From: Penicillus capitatus | Lineage: Eukaryota; Plantae; Chlorophyta | Assembly: GCA_965649825.1 (NCBI GenBank) | Contig: OZ287703.1 | Span: 124,001-188,000, forward strand | DNA: 64,000 nt | Direction: 5' to 3' | In this document: positions 23,833 through 35,491 of the stretch, one piece after another | How positions within the stretch are numbered: the stretch's first letter is position 1 | Layout of the letters: each line of letters opens with the position of its first letter | The notes under the pieces: generated by a model | Database searches by the model: none | Seen by the model: the letters and a program-made list of their open reading frames with translations, nothing else | What the model was told of the DNA's origin: nothing | Made by a program: the position numbers and the translations under genes

Positions 23833-24200
23833 TCTATGTACGAACGCGTGGTGTAATTCATATCATCCAGAGCTTCGGCATTACCATCATGTTCTGCTCT
23901 TGCCTTGGCGGTTTCGCGGAAGATAGCCTCTGTGTATTCTTCCACATCTCATCTGTCGCCGACGCAACAATCGAGTGGCCTCGGCTACCCTTCACTGAGT
24001 CTTCCACTGTGGACGCGCTTTGCGGGAACAAGCGAATCTGGAAGCTGATACGCAGCCCGTAGATCGAGTAACGAGCTCGCGCTTTGTTCTCTGGAAAGCG
24101 GCTGTTGATCCATCCGCTTCTTCGACGACGCTCGACGCTGAGGCGGGTCTGTGTTCGCGATCACACCGAAGAAGACGTTCGTCGATATCGGTGGATGAAC

Positions 24201-24389
24201 CGACGTGACAGGACGCGCGCGCGACAGGAGTCGGCATATGTTCAGGTTGCCCACCACTCGAACGTGTCCTCTTGAGGCGCTTCGATCCCGGGGCACTTGT
24301 CCCGGGATTGAAGCGCCTCGGGAGGACACGTTCGTGTAGTGGGCAACCTGAACATATGCCGACTCTTTCACGCGCGTCCTGTCACATCG
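24201..24389. repeat. Fold-back hairpin, copy 2
   Basis: Same ~90-bp inverted arms and GCACTTGT loop as 5550-5739. Confidence 0.95.
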
Positions 24390-25179
24390 TTCCGTTGTCC
24401 GTGCAATGTCGAGCTTTTGAAACAAGAACGTGTCTTACTGCCATCGACGCAGGTATTATTTTTTGAATTTTTCGCAAGAACCCGTCTTGCAGGCTCGCTT
24501 GCTTATTTAACCCGATCAGTAGGCTGATGGATCATGTGCGGTTAATACTCTCTGCGACTATCGGTTTGCTGCCTCTGCGTTCAATCCTTACTCTCTAAAG
24601 TCAAAAAAACCGGAGCGACAGGAGTCCTCTACTCCCCGCGTTGCTCGATTCTGTCCTTTATCTCCGAGCTAGCAACACCGTCATTTGATTCGGCTGTGCA
24701 AAACAGTAAAGAGCGAACACGCGGACAACACAACTGCTTCCCAAAGTCATGTCCTATCAGAAATGCTCGCCAATTGATCAGCTTTACTGAGTACCTTCTG
24801 CGATCAACGATCCAGTGATGCATCATGAGTGATGACGGTCATCTGAGGATTTTCAACAATGGTCAAAATACGTCGAGTTTAATCGTTTTGCGAAGAATTC
24901 TTTAACAATAATCTCGATGCCGAAGGATGACATGCCTTTTTATCTAGTCTTCGAGGCGAATCATGTTCCACAGAAAAGGGCAACTCAAGAAAGAGGCGCC
25001 AGGAAAATGACAAGAGAGGTTTTTAAAGTGAACAAAGGACAAAGAGACGACGGAGATTTGAGGAATTGACTGTTCATGTCGACAGACAGGGTCAGTCGAT
25101 GACATGTTGGCAACTTGGACATTTAAAGGTCTCTCAGTCGATTGCAAGATAGAGACCCCAAACAGACGGGAGAAAAAGG

Positions 25180-25790
25180 TACAGTGTGAAGGGATCGATG
25201 TCGTCAGTTTTGTGCGAAGCTTGACTCCGGAACAAGAACCGACCAGCGATGGCTGATTCTGTTTGCAAATGCCAGATCTTGAAACTTCCGCAAGGTTTGC
25301 TGCTTGCACAGCTATGTAGTTTAGAACAAAGATGTTCGAACTGCATGAAGAGTCAGAGAGCTTGCAGATTCTTTACCGTCACCGTTCTGCGACCGCCATC
25401 AAGAGCGAAGGAGGGAAGGCAGGATGCACTCGATATGGCTTCAAGGCACAAGGTGGCATATTATTGCTGATTGCGACATCTTGACAAGACAATACCTGCA
25501 CATTAGCAATATGTGTTTGGAATAGCGATGCTGGCTCGGAACTCCGAGTGTTGTTGACTATGTTATGCATTCAAAGACAATCTGTCTGTCAGTGTCTGTA
25601 AGGAAAGGAGATGGCATTCTTAAGAATCCAAGCTCAGAAAGCTGGCCGCCAGATCTGCTTCCATATGTTGATTTCTTTTTCTGTCAAGCGAAAGAGCTGT
25701 CAGAATTTACAAAGGGCTTGAAGCTATCGACAAGATGCTTGATGAAATCACACCATGGAATCTAACTAAGAGAAATCGTAAGGATGGCGA
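25180..25790 (+). pseudogene. Possible decayed intronless ORF in an AT-richer segment
   Basis: One frame reads protein-like through scattered stops (EGIDVVSFVRSLTPEQEPTSDG*...MFELHEESESLQILYRHRS...); family not recognised. Confidence 0.2.
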
Positions 25791-25989
25791 GGGATTAGAC
25801 TAAAGCGAATGAACCAAGACGGAGTTACCCACTTTCAAACGTGACTCAGAGGCGAGTCGTGGTCGTTCGGGCCGATTGCGCGGACCGCCTTCAGCTACTG
25901 CAGTATGAAGGTGATGTGACGTTTATCAAGTCAGAGATACTGCGTACACCGGTCCGCTTAGAAACAAAGCAGCAAGCACACTGTACAGA

Positions 25990-27459
25990 ATGCCGACCAA
26001 ACCATCGCTGCCCTCGCTGGCCGACAGCGTCTCGCCGCGTTTTGACGTCTTCTATTGGAGCTGCTTTTTCTTGGGCTGCGGAGTATTCATGCCATACAAC
26101 ATGTTAACTTGTGCAGTCGACTACTTCAAAGAAGCCTTCAGCGTAATGCCGAGTCGCGGTTCCTCGGTGCCTCAAATCGCAATTCGCAGGACTACGAGGC
26201 CACTCGATGGACGGCGACGTGTTACTTGACATTCACCCTGCTGGGGAGTCTAGGAAACAGTTTCTTTCCGCCAAGCGGTGTGGGGCATCTTCGAGTTTCT
26301 CTGGGATTCTTCATCTTCAGTCTGTTCATGTCCGTCATTCCAGTCGTATGCACACTACTGCCTCCCACCCGACGAGGCGATGCTGGATGTCTTGTAGATG
26401 GACTACGCAGTGATTGCCGACGATGGAGGCACGATGACATCCTTTCTCCTTCTGCTGCTCTGCGTCACGCTGCTCGGGGTCTTCAATGGAATTGCGCTAG
26501 GCAGTTTTACGGGACTCATGGCACACCTACCCTTCCGGCATTTCCAAGCGCGACTCTGTTTTCTCGGTGACGGGTGGCTGGAGTGTCCTTGGCTGTAGGG
26601 ATACATGCGTGGATGGGGAATCGCAGGAATCCTCTCCATTGCGTTGCGTGCCGCCACGAAGGCAGCTTTCCCAGATTCGTCCGACGGCTTGCGTCAGAGC
26701 GCCAGGATCTATTTCTTCTCGGCGACGCTAGTCTGCCTGAGTTGTCTGCTCGTTCAGAGATGGGTCATCGTGCCGAGCTCGGTGTGGACAACGGATTTGT
26801 CGATGCTAGAGGAAGGGGATCCTCTGCTGTTGGACATCCCTTCGGATCGCTCGGGATCGATCGACGTAGAGGGACCATGGTGGAGAACGGTGAAGAAGAC
26901 TAGACTGGCGTCGGCCAACACCTTCATCACTCTGTTCATACTGTCCGTCATGTTTCCTGGCGTCGCTTCGGACGCAGAGGTATTCGTGTGCTGCCAAGTC
27001 TATTGATTCGGCCACGCCCTGTTCTTGCAGAGCGAGACACTGGGCGATTGGTACGGCATCTTTCTACTCTTCTTGCTTACCGGCGGAAACCTTGTCAGCC
27101 GCTGCGTGCCGGAGAAGTGGATTCCGAACAGTCCCGTGGTCAGTACCGCTCTTGTCTGGAGCAGACTGCTACTGATACCCACGACCTTCTTTGCGATGAT
27201 GTATTTCTCCAATCCGTTCGTCATCTCCTCCCTGACTGCACTGGTAGGATTGTCAAACGGGTAAGGCCTCGTCCGCCATATGCGATTTGTCGGAGGATTG
27301 GATAATAGGTATACCATGCTGTGTACTTTCAAGATGACTCAGAAACAACTGAATGGCAAGGTGGAGCAGTTTGTGAGTGGAAACATCAGCTCCTTTGCCA
27401 TGATGCTGGGTTTCTGTCTTGGATCATTTGGATCTCTCGTCTGGTCCGTACTGAGCTGA
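25990..27459 (+). CDS. Equilibrative nucleoside transporter paralog 2, 6 exons
   Basis: FYWSCFFLGCGVFMPYNMLTCAVDYF motif, RAATKAAF, same five intron positions as the other ENTs. The third intron (26548-26598) is GC-AG. Confidence 0.88.
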
Positions 27460-28065
27460 CATGGTCAATAGAGCAAACACCAGACCGTGCTCCGCTACCC
27501 CTTACCTTCATTCTTTCGACTTTGCGGATTTTTAGCTCTTGCGGTTAGCGTGCAAGTAAAATCATACAAGGTTAGCAGATAGCTGGAGTCGCGATTTTCG
27601 TTACTTGGACGAATATCTTGCAAGCGCTCTCAATCGTTTGAGCATCCAAGAGTAATGCCCTTTCGGACAAGTTACTGTCCCTGTTCTTTTTGAACGTGTC
27701 GGCAGATTCTTTTTTGGCTTTTTGCCAGATTTTCTTTCGGTTGATGCTCCTCTCTAAGTATTCGGATGACGATACATCTTTTCTGGCAAGTGTGATTAGC
27801 GAAATGCCTCATGGATAAACGATAGTGATGGCTGCGATGACAGCCAAGGCAGACTGTGAATTCAAAAAATCTGATTCCATTACAAAAGACTCTCAGGCGT
27901 CACATCAACTGTGACGTCTCGACACTGTACGTTACACACTATCCGCGAGTCAATGACGACGGCCATAAGACAGATCTCAGGAAGCACCACGTGCGATGCT
28001 TGAGCCATATGCGTCGAAGACATCCGTCAACTCCATACGAACGGCGACACCGATCTCGGACGGAG

Positions 28066-29208
28066 TCAAGAGCGGCAATGTACCATCGCTGGACGAAAGC
28101 GTCGTTGACGAGGGCCCTGACGCACGGGTTCTTCGCTGACGACACTCCACGGCTCAAACTCGTATCTCATGAAGATCTCGATATTCGCACCAGGTTTCCT
28201 CCAGAGTTCGTAGACGCGTCTCTGCGATGTCCTGCGCTGCGTGACGAGGGGGACACTGTTCTCTTCGTCTCTCTCTGATCCCAGAGCCCCGAAGATCGCC
28301 GATCCCAGATGCGTAAAAAGAGATCCGATCGAAACGATAACGGCGATGACCGGATTCGCTCTGCGCAAAGCGCGGAGATGCGCAGTCAGCCTTGCCAGCT
28401 CCTCGGCCAGGAAGAGACAGAGTCTTCTGTCCTCTCCTTCAAGGACGCCGTTCTCGTGCCCTGGCTGAACGAGTTCTGTCTTTACCTCCTTCCTGGCACA
28501 CATCTCTCTAAGCGTCGTTCCAGCCAACATCGAACTGGAGAAATTCAGTTTTCCTCGGGAGGGAGTAACGGTTTGGTAGAAGTTGAGAATCTTCGCCACG
28601 TCCCTCGCGTACACATCTCGGCTAAATCGTGCTTCTCTACTGCGGCCATGGCAGAGTGCCCGAACGTGGAAGGCATTGATCGGTTTGATCCCGGCGAGTC
28701 TAACGTATTCTTGAAGGAGTCCAAGCTCTGAGCTGTTTTCCTGCCGGGAAACGACGACGACTTCGGAGAAGACTGCGCTGATCTCCTTGAGCAGCTCGAT
28801 TTCCACTTCGGACAGCGTCTGCAGCATGACCAGTGGCGGAAAGAAGGCAGCTTTGTCCGTCTCTGCTAAAAAATGCAGCAGAGATGCTCGGAAGGTATCT
28901 GTCCCAAGACTCTCGGCGAGGCCATGGGTGTCGACCACTTCGACGGCGCGGTCGGACAGACGAACGTGGTAACCCTTTGTTTTGTCGAACTGCGAATGCG
29001 GATGGGAGTACCCTCTTGTTGTTCTGCCGGGCTGCGAATACGGACTGCAGTTGACACTTCTGAATCGACGCTGCCCTTGTTGAAGGACGCCGCGCACTGT
29101 GGCGACAAACGTGCTCTTCCCCACGAGCGCCGTTCCGAAAACGACGAGCTTGGGGTGTTCTGAATTATCGCAAGGATGCCTCATCGAACGCGATGGGCGT
29201 GACGCCAT
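28066..29208 (-). CDS. TRAFAC P-loop GTPase (AIG1/IAN/septin-like) with a C-terminal hydrophobic helix
   Basis: KLVVFGTALVGKSTF (G1), GRTT (G2), VEVVDTHGL (G3, DxxG). C-terminal PVIAVIVSIGSLFTHLGSAIFGALG hydrophobic segment. Long open frame (ORF 28066-29319); start codon uncertain. Confidence 0.7.
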   Translation of the reverse strand: MASRPSRSMRHPCDNSEHPKLVVFGTALVGKSTFVATVRGVLQQGQRRFRSVNCSPYSQPGRTTRGYSHPHSQFDKTKGYHVRLSDRAVEVVDTHGLAESLGTDTFRASLLHFLAETDKAAFFPPLVMLQTLSEVEIELLKEISAVFSEVVVVSRQENSSELGLLQEYVRLAGIKPINAFHVRALCHGRSREARFSRDVYARDVAKILNFYQTVTPSRGKLNFSSSMLAGTTLREMCARKEVKTELVQPGHENGVLEGEDRRLCLFLAEELARLTAHLRALRRANPVIAVIVSIGSLFTHLGSAIFGALGSERDEENSVPLVTQRRTSQRRVYELWRKPGANIEIFMRYEFEPWSVVSEEPVRQGPRQRRFRPAMVHCRS

Positions 29209-29687
29209 GAAAACGCGGTTGTCCGTCCGGCACGAAGGTGCGGAAACAAGCTGAAGATCTCTCGATGCTGCGGCCAGAGGGATTTTGCGCGTGGGGGGTG
29301 TATGAGGTGGACACGTCAAAAGATACGAGGCGACTGGGTGGTACTGTATGCGCTGAGAATGTGTGCTGCGTCGAGTCAGTCTGCGAATCGACGGACGTGA
29401 TGTGACGTCTATCGAGTGTCATAGCTGCCGATGCCAGCAGCCGAGTGTCGAACGGCTGAGTATGTGGAATCCATTGATGTTTCCGGGCTTTCGAGTCTTC
29501 CGCTCATCGTACCGGAGTCGAAGAGACTTCAAAATCGCGCTTCCGACACAATTCGCACGAGCGGCCGTCGCAAAAGCGGCGATAGTAAGGTGGGTCAGCC
29601 GTCTCTTCAAGCCGATGTAAAAAGCCTAAACGACAGAGCTATGGTACATCGTTGTCTGCTCTTCTGGACCGTGTTGTCGAGGTAAGG

Positions 29688-29769
29688 CAGCCGAGATGAA
29701 ACAGACTGCACCATCACACTTCTTCCCCCAGCCGAGATGAAATAGACTGCACCATCACACTTCTTCCCC
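29688..29769. repeat. 41-bp perfect-like tandem duplication
   Basis: CAGCCGAGATGAAAyAGACTGCACCATCACACTTCTTCCCC x2 with one mismatch. Confidence 0.9.
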
Positions 29770-30189
29770 TATCCGAATACAGAGCAGTTGAGCCAAACGA
29801 GCGCACCATCGACCACTCTTGCAACAACCATACCACATAGAGAGTGATTGAGGCGCCTTCACAGGACAGAAACGGTCAGCCCGCCCAGCGGTCACTTGAT
29901 TGCCCAGCACCGTGTTCGGAAGATCGCGCGTCAACAAAGAAAGTTTCTTCGTTCTTCTAGCGACAATCCGTAGACTGTGTAAGCGGGTGACGGAAAACAA
30001 TGATCTCGCGCTTCGTAGACTTAAAGGATTCTCGCTGTGATGCGCATTCGTTCTTCTGCGGATTCCACGAAACGTCTGTTGTTGCAGCTATCGACGAAAT
30101 TACGATGCAGCATCGGATGTTCATAGACGAGTTTTCTTTTCTCGCAGAAGCGCGTGGTCTCCGGACTCCGAGCCGACATTCGCTCTACT

Positions 30190-30655
30190 GCATGTATCTT
30201 TCCTGAACAGAGAATGGGCTAACTGGTTGTGTAAAGAGCTGATCGCAGAGGAGGCACTTCTCTCATGTCGACCAACCGCGCATAACCAGACACCGTCAGA
30301 CGAGAAGACGGAGAAAAGATGCATTGCGCGACGCTCGGCGGGATTCAATAACCTCCTTTGTTGATTTCAATTCCGTCCACGTGCAAATAACCCGAAAGAT
30401 TTAACTTCCTTCCCGAAATCTGCCACCCTCTGAGATAAAGATATAAGAAAGAAGAACGTCATTGAATGGCCTAATGCGTTGTTCCCTTTGGCGCGGTTGC
30501 ATTAAGACTTCTCCTTGTAAAAAGAGGATCGGTCTAAAGAATGTGTTCATGATATCTGTGAATTCGTGTGTTATCGCTATAACAAGAACAGCAGAAAACG
30601 GAGTCGAGGAACTTCTATTAGAACGACTTCAACAGTCAGTTTCATCGAAGCTTTT
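30190..30655. repeat. Block C' (inverted copy of 17050-17540)
   Basis: See block C. Confidence 0.85.
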
Positions 30656-30801
30656 TAGTAACCAACAGGACAACCATTGCTTATCACACAGGAATGCACT
30701 CGCATCAACCGAGAGTTTGATAAACAGGAAAGACTGTTTGTTGTTTTTTGACCCCGTGAAAGATCTGGTGGATACAGAGGACAGACGAGTTAGCAATCGT
30801 A

Positions 30802-32443
30802 TTAATCGATGCTCAAGAAGCGATTGTTCAGGCGCGGAAAGTTTGTTTGTGGCTTGCAGTAAGCGTTGTCCATAGAATCGAAGCTTGCTGCGTGTAACGT
30901 TTGCAGTTTAGGCAAGCTATTTTGATCGAAGTTACGGAGGGGGTCAGCCCGTCGACGGCGCCGGTTGGTGCCGTGACGGAGAAACAGTTCTCTCAGATTA
31001 GTTAGGAGTGTGATCTTGGACATGTGCTGACAAGTGTCCCATTCGGTGGCGAACATCGAATCCAGCTGCAGAGAAGTTAGTTTTTGCAGCGATCCTAGCG
31101 CGGAGAAGAAGTCCTCTTCCAGGTTCAGATCGTGTGAAGTGATGGAGAGCTTTTTCAAGCTTGCCATAAGGACAAACATGTACCCAGATAAACACATGTC
31201 TCCCATGCATACTAAATCCAGCTCCTCCAGCAGGCGGAGCTTGGATAGTGCATAAGTGAAGTGCGCGGCGCGTTGAGTACAAATGATCCCCAGACGGACA
31301 AGTCCTGTGAGCTCGCAGACTGATGCGTCTACCTGCCTGACGCAAATAACGAGTTCTGTCAAATTCGTCAAGCTCGCCAGGGTGCTCCATACACTGATTA
31401 GTCGGTCGCTTCGAAGAGTGAGCGTCAGGGATCGCAGCTGATCTAATCCGAAGAGTGCATCGACAACGATGTCGGCTGGCGGCTTTATGTATCTCGCACA
31501 GAGCTCTGTGACTGTGCCCATGTTTCTCAGAGCTGTCGCCAAGTTCTCGACAGAATCCCCCGACGTTAGATCTCCGATGCAAAGTGTTTCGAGCTTTCTA
31601 AAACCTTCCAGTCCCGACCAGTCTCTCGTCGGAAAGAGCATACGGCTGTGGCTATTGAGTTCAGCCAGGGACTCGAGGGTGGAGGCGTAGGGACGCAGAA
31701 TCTGAAGCACACGCAGGACACAGATGTCCTCGAGGAGATCAGCATTAAGAATAGAGGTTTACTTCCAGCAGTCTGCCGCCCATCCTGTCTTCGTACTGCT
31801 CGGGTGAGGGAAGAGATTTTTCACGTATCAGCTCCAGACACGTCAGATTTGTCAGAGCCGGGAAAACAAGATCGCCTTTGTGGTCCACCAAGAGACTCGA
31901 ACTGAGGCACAGCTTTTCAATCTTGTGGATTTCTGTGACCGGCTCGAGAAAGACTACTTCAGGTGCTTTCAATCGGAGATACGTCAGGTTTGTGAGATGT
32001 CTGAGGGCCGGCGCGATCCACGTCTGTGGGTTCGCGTCCGAAGGTGACAGCCAGACTGAAAGCGACTGCAGTCGATTCAAGCAGGCTGCGGTAGCTGGAC
32101 ATTCGGGAAAGAGTGAGCACTGCAGCGAGCCCTGCAAGAACAAGTGCTCGATCTTTGGAAAACGTTTCACGGCGTCGAGGTAACGGTTGATGTCTCCATT
32201 CGTATCCTCCACGTTCACAGCCATCGAAACCGTGTTTGGATGCTTGGACAGCATCTCAGCCATTCTGCTCGACGGAACACGGGCGAGCTTGGGACAGACG
32301 TCGAAGCTCACTTCACGCCATCTTCGGCAGACGCGCGAACACTCGTGCAGTCCGTCGTCGACGAGACAGCGGAGGACTTTGGACAGGTAGTCGTCGTTCT
32401 CGAGCAAGTCTCTTAGACACTTCTCCGCCATCGGCGCATCCAT
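30802..32443 (-). CDS. F-box-like/LRR protein, 2 exons (FBL2', duplicate of 12948-14616)
   Basis: ORFs 31745-32455 and 30802-31710 are colinear with FBL2 and have the same intron. Confidence 0.88.
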
Positions 32444-32869
32444 TATCCGGGGCACTACATCCGAGACGGAACCAGACGTTGAGGCGGAATGCTCGAAGAC
32501 TGTGACCCGTTGCGTTACCTGTCGTCCCCGCGAGTTGCTCTCTGTCTGCGCTCATCGTGTGAAGGACCTGTTCGACGGTCGCCGCTGTCTCCGGAAGATA
32601 CAGAGAGGAGCTGCGAAATCATCAATGTCTGTTATGGTATTCAATTTCGGCGTTGGATGGATTCAGACCGGAGCGATTGAGCAAGGCGAAGCGGCGGATG
32701 TCGACGCCTGTCCTGAGAGATTGTCTCTTTTCTTTTCTCTCGACTAATGCTGCTAGCCGCAGTGAGGCTTCCAGGCAAAGAGACGCCGATCCGGGTACAG
32801 ACAGCAGATCGATATCCTTTTGGCTCGGTTTCGAATTGATGTAATCTGACTTGACTGCGAGTATGCTGA

Positions 32870-33064
32870 ATGAATGGGTCTCGTGGCGTAGCCTGCAATG
32901 ACCAGCCTTATGCGCGATCGTTGTCCGACACTGTCTGTTCTGAAGAGGTTTTGGAAGGGATTGCTCGATTCTTGGAGTCTGCATCTTACTCGGCAGGACT
33001 TGTCTGCCGCCGATCCATGATCGTTTCTCATTTCGCGAGTTGCCTTGGCATCTACGAAGTTTGA
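32870..33064 (+). pseudogene. F-box relic (duplicate of 12332-12526)
   Basis: MNGSRGVACNDQPYARSLSDTVCSEEVLEGIARFLESASYSAGLVCRRSM...EV*: F-box-like, truncated. Confidence 0.5.
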
Positions 33065-33596
33065 AAGTGCTGCGCTGTGTTTGCTCACTTCATTTCATGC
33101 TCTCGACAATCAGCGCACTCTTCTGCAAACATTTGGGCAATCAGTCCTTCATCCTACTCCCTTGTTTTGCTTCAGCACTGAGTGCCTTTACTGCCCATCG
33201 TTCTTGCGAGACGACACTGTGAAAAATAGAGGTGTGTAGATTGAGCCGCCTGCTCCAGTGTGACATCAACGGCGCGTTTCCAGTGGCTTGTTAGTTCGAA
33301 TAACCATGGCAATGGAGGTAAGCATAACTGTCCTGTCTATTCTGTTCTCCATAGATGTTACGAATCGGGCAGGGTGAAAGTGTTGTTGTCTGTTGCAATC
33401 TGCAACTACACTGACTGCAATAAGACGCCGAGCCTCGTTAATCCCAGAGTCTCTTTCGATCGTGCTGGCTTCACTGCTCTGTCTCCAAGGGAATGAAGCT
33501 GAGAGGAAGCTGCAACAAAATCGAACACCGTCTTTGCTGACACACTGTAAACAGTGACGGTGGTCTAACACCGAGCGCCTCTCTCCGCAATCGCCT

Positions 33597-34680
33597 TTGA
33601 TGCCAATGTCACGGCTGCGACAGTGGACGGCCACAACGTACGGACCTGTTCCGCTGGCCGGATTCTCAATTCGACAAGCACGTTCCCTCGCTGCAGAACC
33701 CCCGTGGATGCTCGTTCGAACAGCCGGATGGTCGGATGCGCCTGGGACAAGCGAAAGCCATGTTCGTCTGTTACAGGCCGAGTCGGCGAACGGATCGACG
33801 GTCTTCGTCACAGCGCTGACAGGACGTGAAGACGTTTCTCTTTCTGAACGAGATGCAGCTCAGAGCGACAGGACGGAACAGAGCGGAGAAGGGTCGAGCC
33901 GCAAAGGCCGGCCAGCGAAAACGCGCACGACGGACACCAAACACGAGCTCGCATGGCAAATGGCGTGTGAGGATTCGGATGCGATCCTTCCGCATGGACT
34001 GGACGACGATGTCCGTCCGTTCGCCGCAGAGAATCCGAAGAACGGCTGAAAACGGCGACGTCGTCCGAAGGCAAACTGCAGCTGCATGGAGAAGCAGCGG
34101 ATGCGTGATAGCTCATCCGCCAAGGTCTTCAAAGATCTGCAGCAGCACTCGTCTGACGGTATGTGAGTCCGTAGGCTGTTGACCAGAGCAAGAAACAAGG
34201 CGACAGATGCTTCCGAGCGCAGCTTCCGAGTTCAAGCGCACAACGGAGCGCGCAGTGAAGGACGCAGCTTTGGGATGGAGTGGACACGTGGCACAGCAGC
34301 TGTTGGTAAATGGAGTTGACAATCGCACGGATACGCGATTTTACTTCACTTCAGCGCGGGGAGCGAGACCCAGAGGACTGTGTTGTGGCGGATGTGTCCG
34401 CCGACGCGTTGTTTGGCGGCATAGTCGGTGCGAAAATGTTCGGTGCGTTCAAACGGCTTAAAGATCTCATGGACTTCTTAAACGCTGTCGAAGAAAGTTT
34501 ATTGATTCAGATGTATGTGAGTGACGCAGACTCACACTTATGAAAAAGCGACAAAGGGAGAGAGAAACACAAGACTGCTGAGAGAGGCACTTATTAAACG
34601 TGCCGAAAGAAAAGATGCGTCGCCATGCGATGGATGACATGGCTCGATTGGCTCCGTTCAGCGTGAGATGACGCATTCAA
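33597..34680 (+). CDS. Hypothetical multi-exon protein (duplicate of 10720-11800)
   Basis: Mirror of the left copy. A 1-nt indel at ~34026 sits just upstream of a CAG that may be an acceptor. Confidence 0.33.
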
Positions 34681-35491
34681 TTCGGGCACGGAGGGCCAGT
34701 GGGGCTGTTGCATTGATCAGGCATTCCGCAGTCCTGACCGATAACCTAATACGAAGGAGACGTTAGGGGAAGGCGAAGGGTGACATTATATTAGGGTACG
34801 TCTGCGACTCCTTGGAACCCGTTTGCAATCGCTTCATCGAACGGAAGCCTGCCGCTGTAGCAGACGTTGCAGGGGCAGAACACGAACGTTGTGCTGCCCT
34901 CAAAGCATACGTCTGACGGAGGAAGAGGGGGACTCACGCCGATGATGTTGCGAGCGACGATGCCGCATTCGCTTGGGTTGGGGGGACTGTCCGTGCCCAC
35001 GACGCAGAGAGGCGTATCGGGTACGTTGTTAGTCGCCGCCGGATCGGCGCCCTGAGCTAACAAAGACTGCAAGAAGGCGTATGTCATAGAAAGAGGGTCG
35101 GCGTCATGGCTCACCGTCGTCGCCACATTGATGCACTGCGCGGCGGCATCGTGCAACGCCGTGTTTCCAGCGCCGTCCCGAACGTCGACGTCGCATCCTG
35201 CTGCGACAAGCATCTCGATGCATTGACTGCATTTGGATGGAACGGAGCGATGGAAGAGAGTATTCCCTGTGCCATCGCATGTGCAATCACAAAGCACGGG
35301 GTTGGGGAGCATAGGTGCGAGTCTGTTTGGGTCCGTGCGGTCGACAATTCCGCAGGCATCGTCCGGGCAAGTAACCGCGTGGACTACGGCAAACACACCA
35401 CCATGCAGCGCACGCAGGTCCATCGAACGAACGTACCAACGCGGGATGCAGCCGCAAGACAGACGAAAACGGCAAGCAGAGAAGGCGACAT
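34677..35491 (-). CDS. Secreted cysteine-rich ankyrin-repeat protein (ANK1', duplicate)
   Basis: Same signal peptide, introns and ankyrin motifs as 9908-10722; substitutions in the second repeat (QCINVATTV vs QCCNVPLTV); ends PCPN*. Confidence 0.8.

Larger units (their letters stand above)
22250..24395. repeat. Segmental duplication block D (promoter + TPR gene + UTR + hairpin; inverted copy ~39666-41805; degenerate direct partial copy ~4900-5740)
   Basis: Reverse complement matches 39.7-41.8 kb closely, ending at ...ATGTCCTCTCCGGTCGCGAG (22250 / 41804). Confidence 0.93.

Noticed and set aside
28960-29015. Possible intron inside the GTPase between G2 and G3 (GTACTC...ACAAAG)
   Set aside because: It is 37 nt and removing it shifts the frame away from the DTHG motif; the frame is open without splicing.
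29419-29610. Apparent signal-peptide ORF MKRRLTHLTIAAFATAARA upstream of the GTPase
   Set aside because: The first codon is TTG, not ATG, and no splice path to the GTPase frame was evident.
8678-29769. 32-bp and 41-bp direct repeats as a CRISPR-like array
   Set aside because: Only two adjacent units each, no spacers, no cas genes, eukaryotic context.
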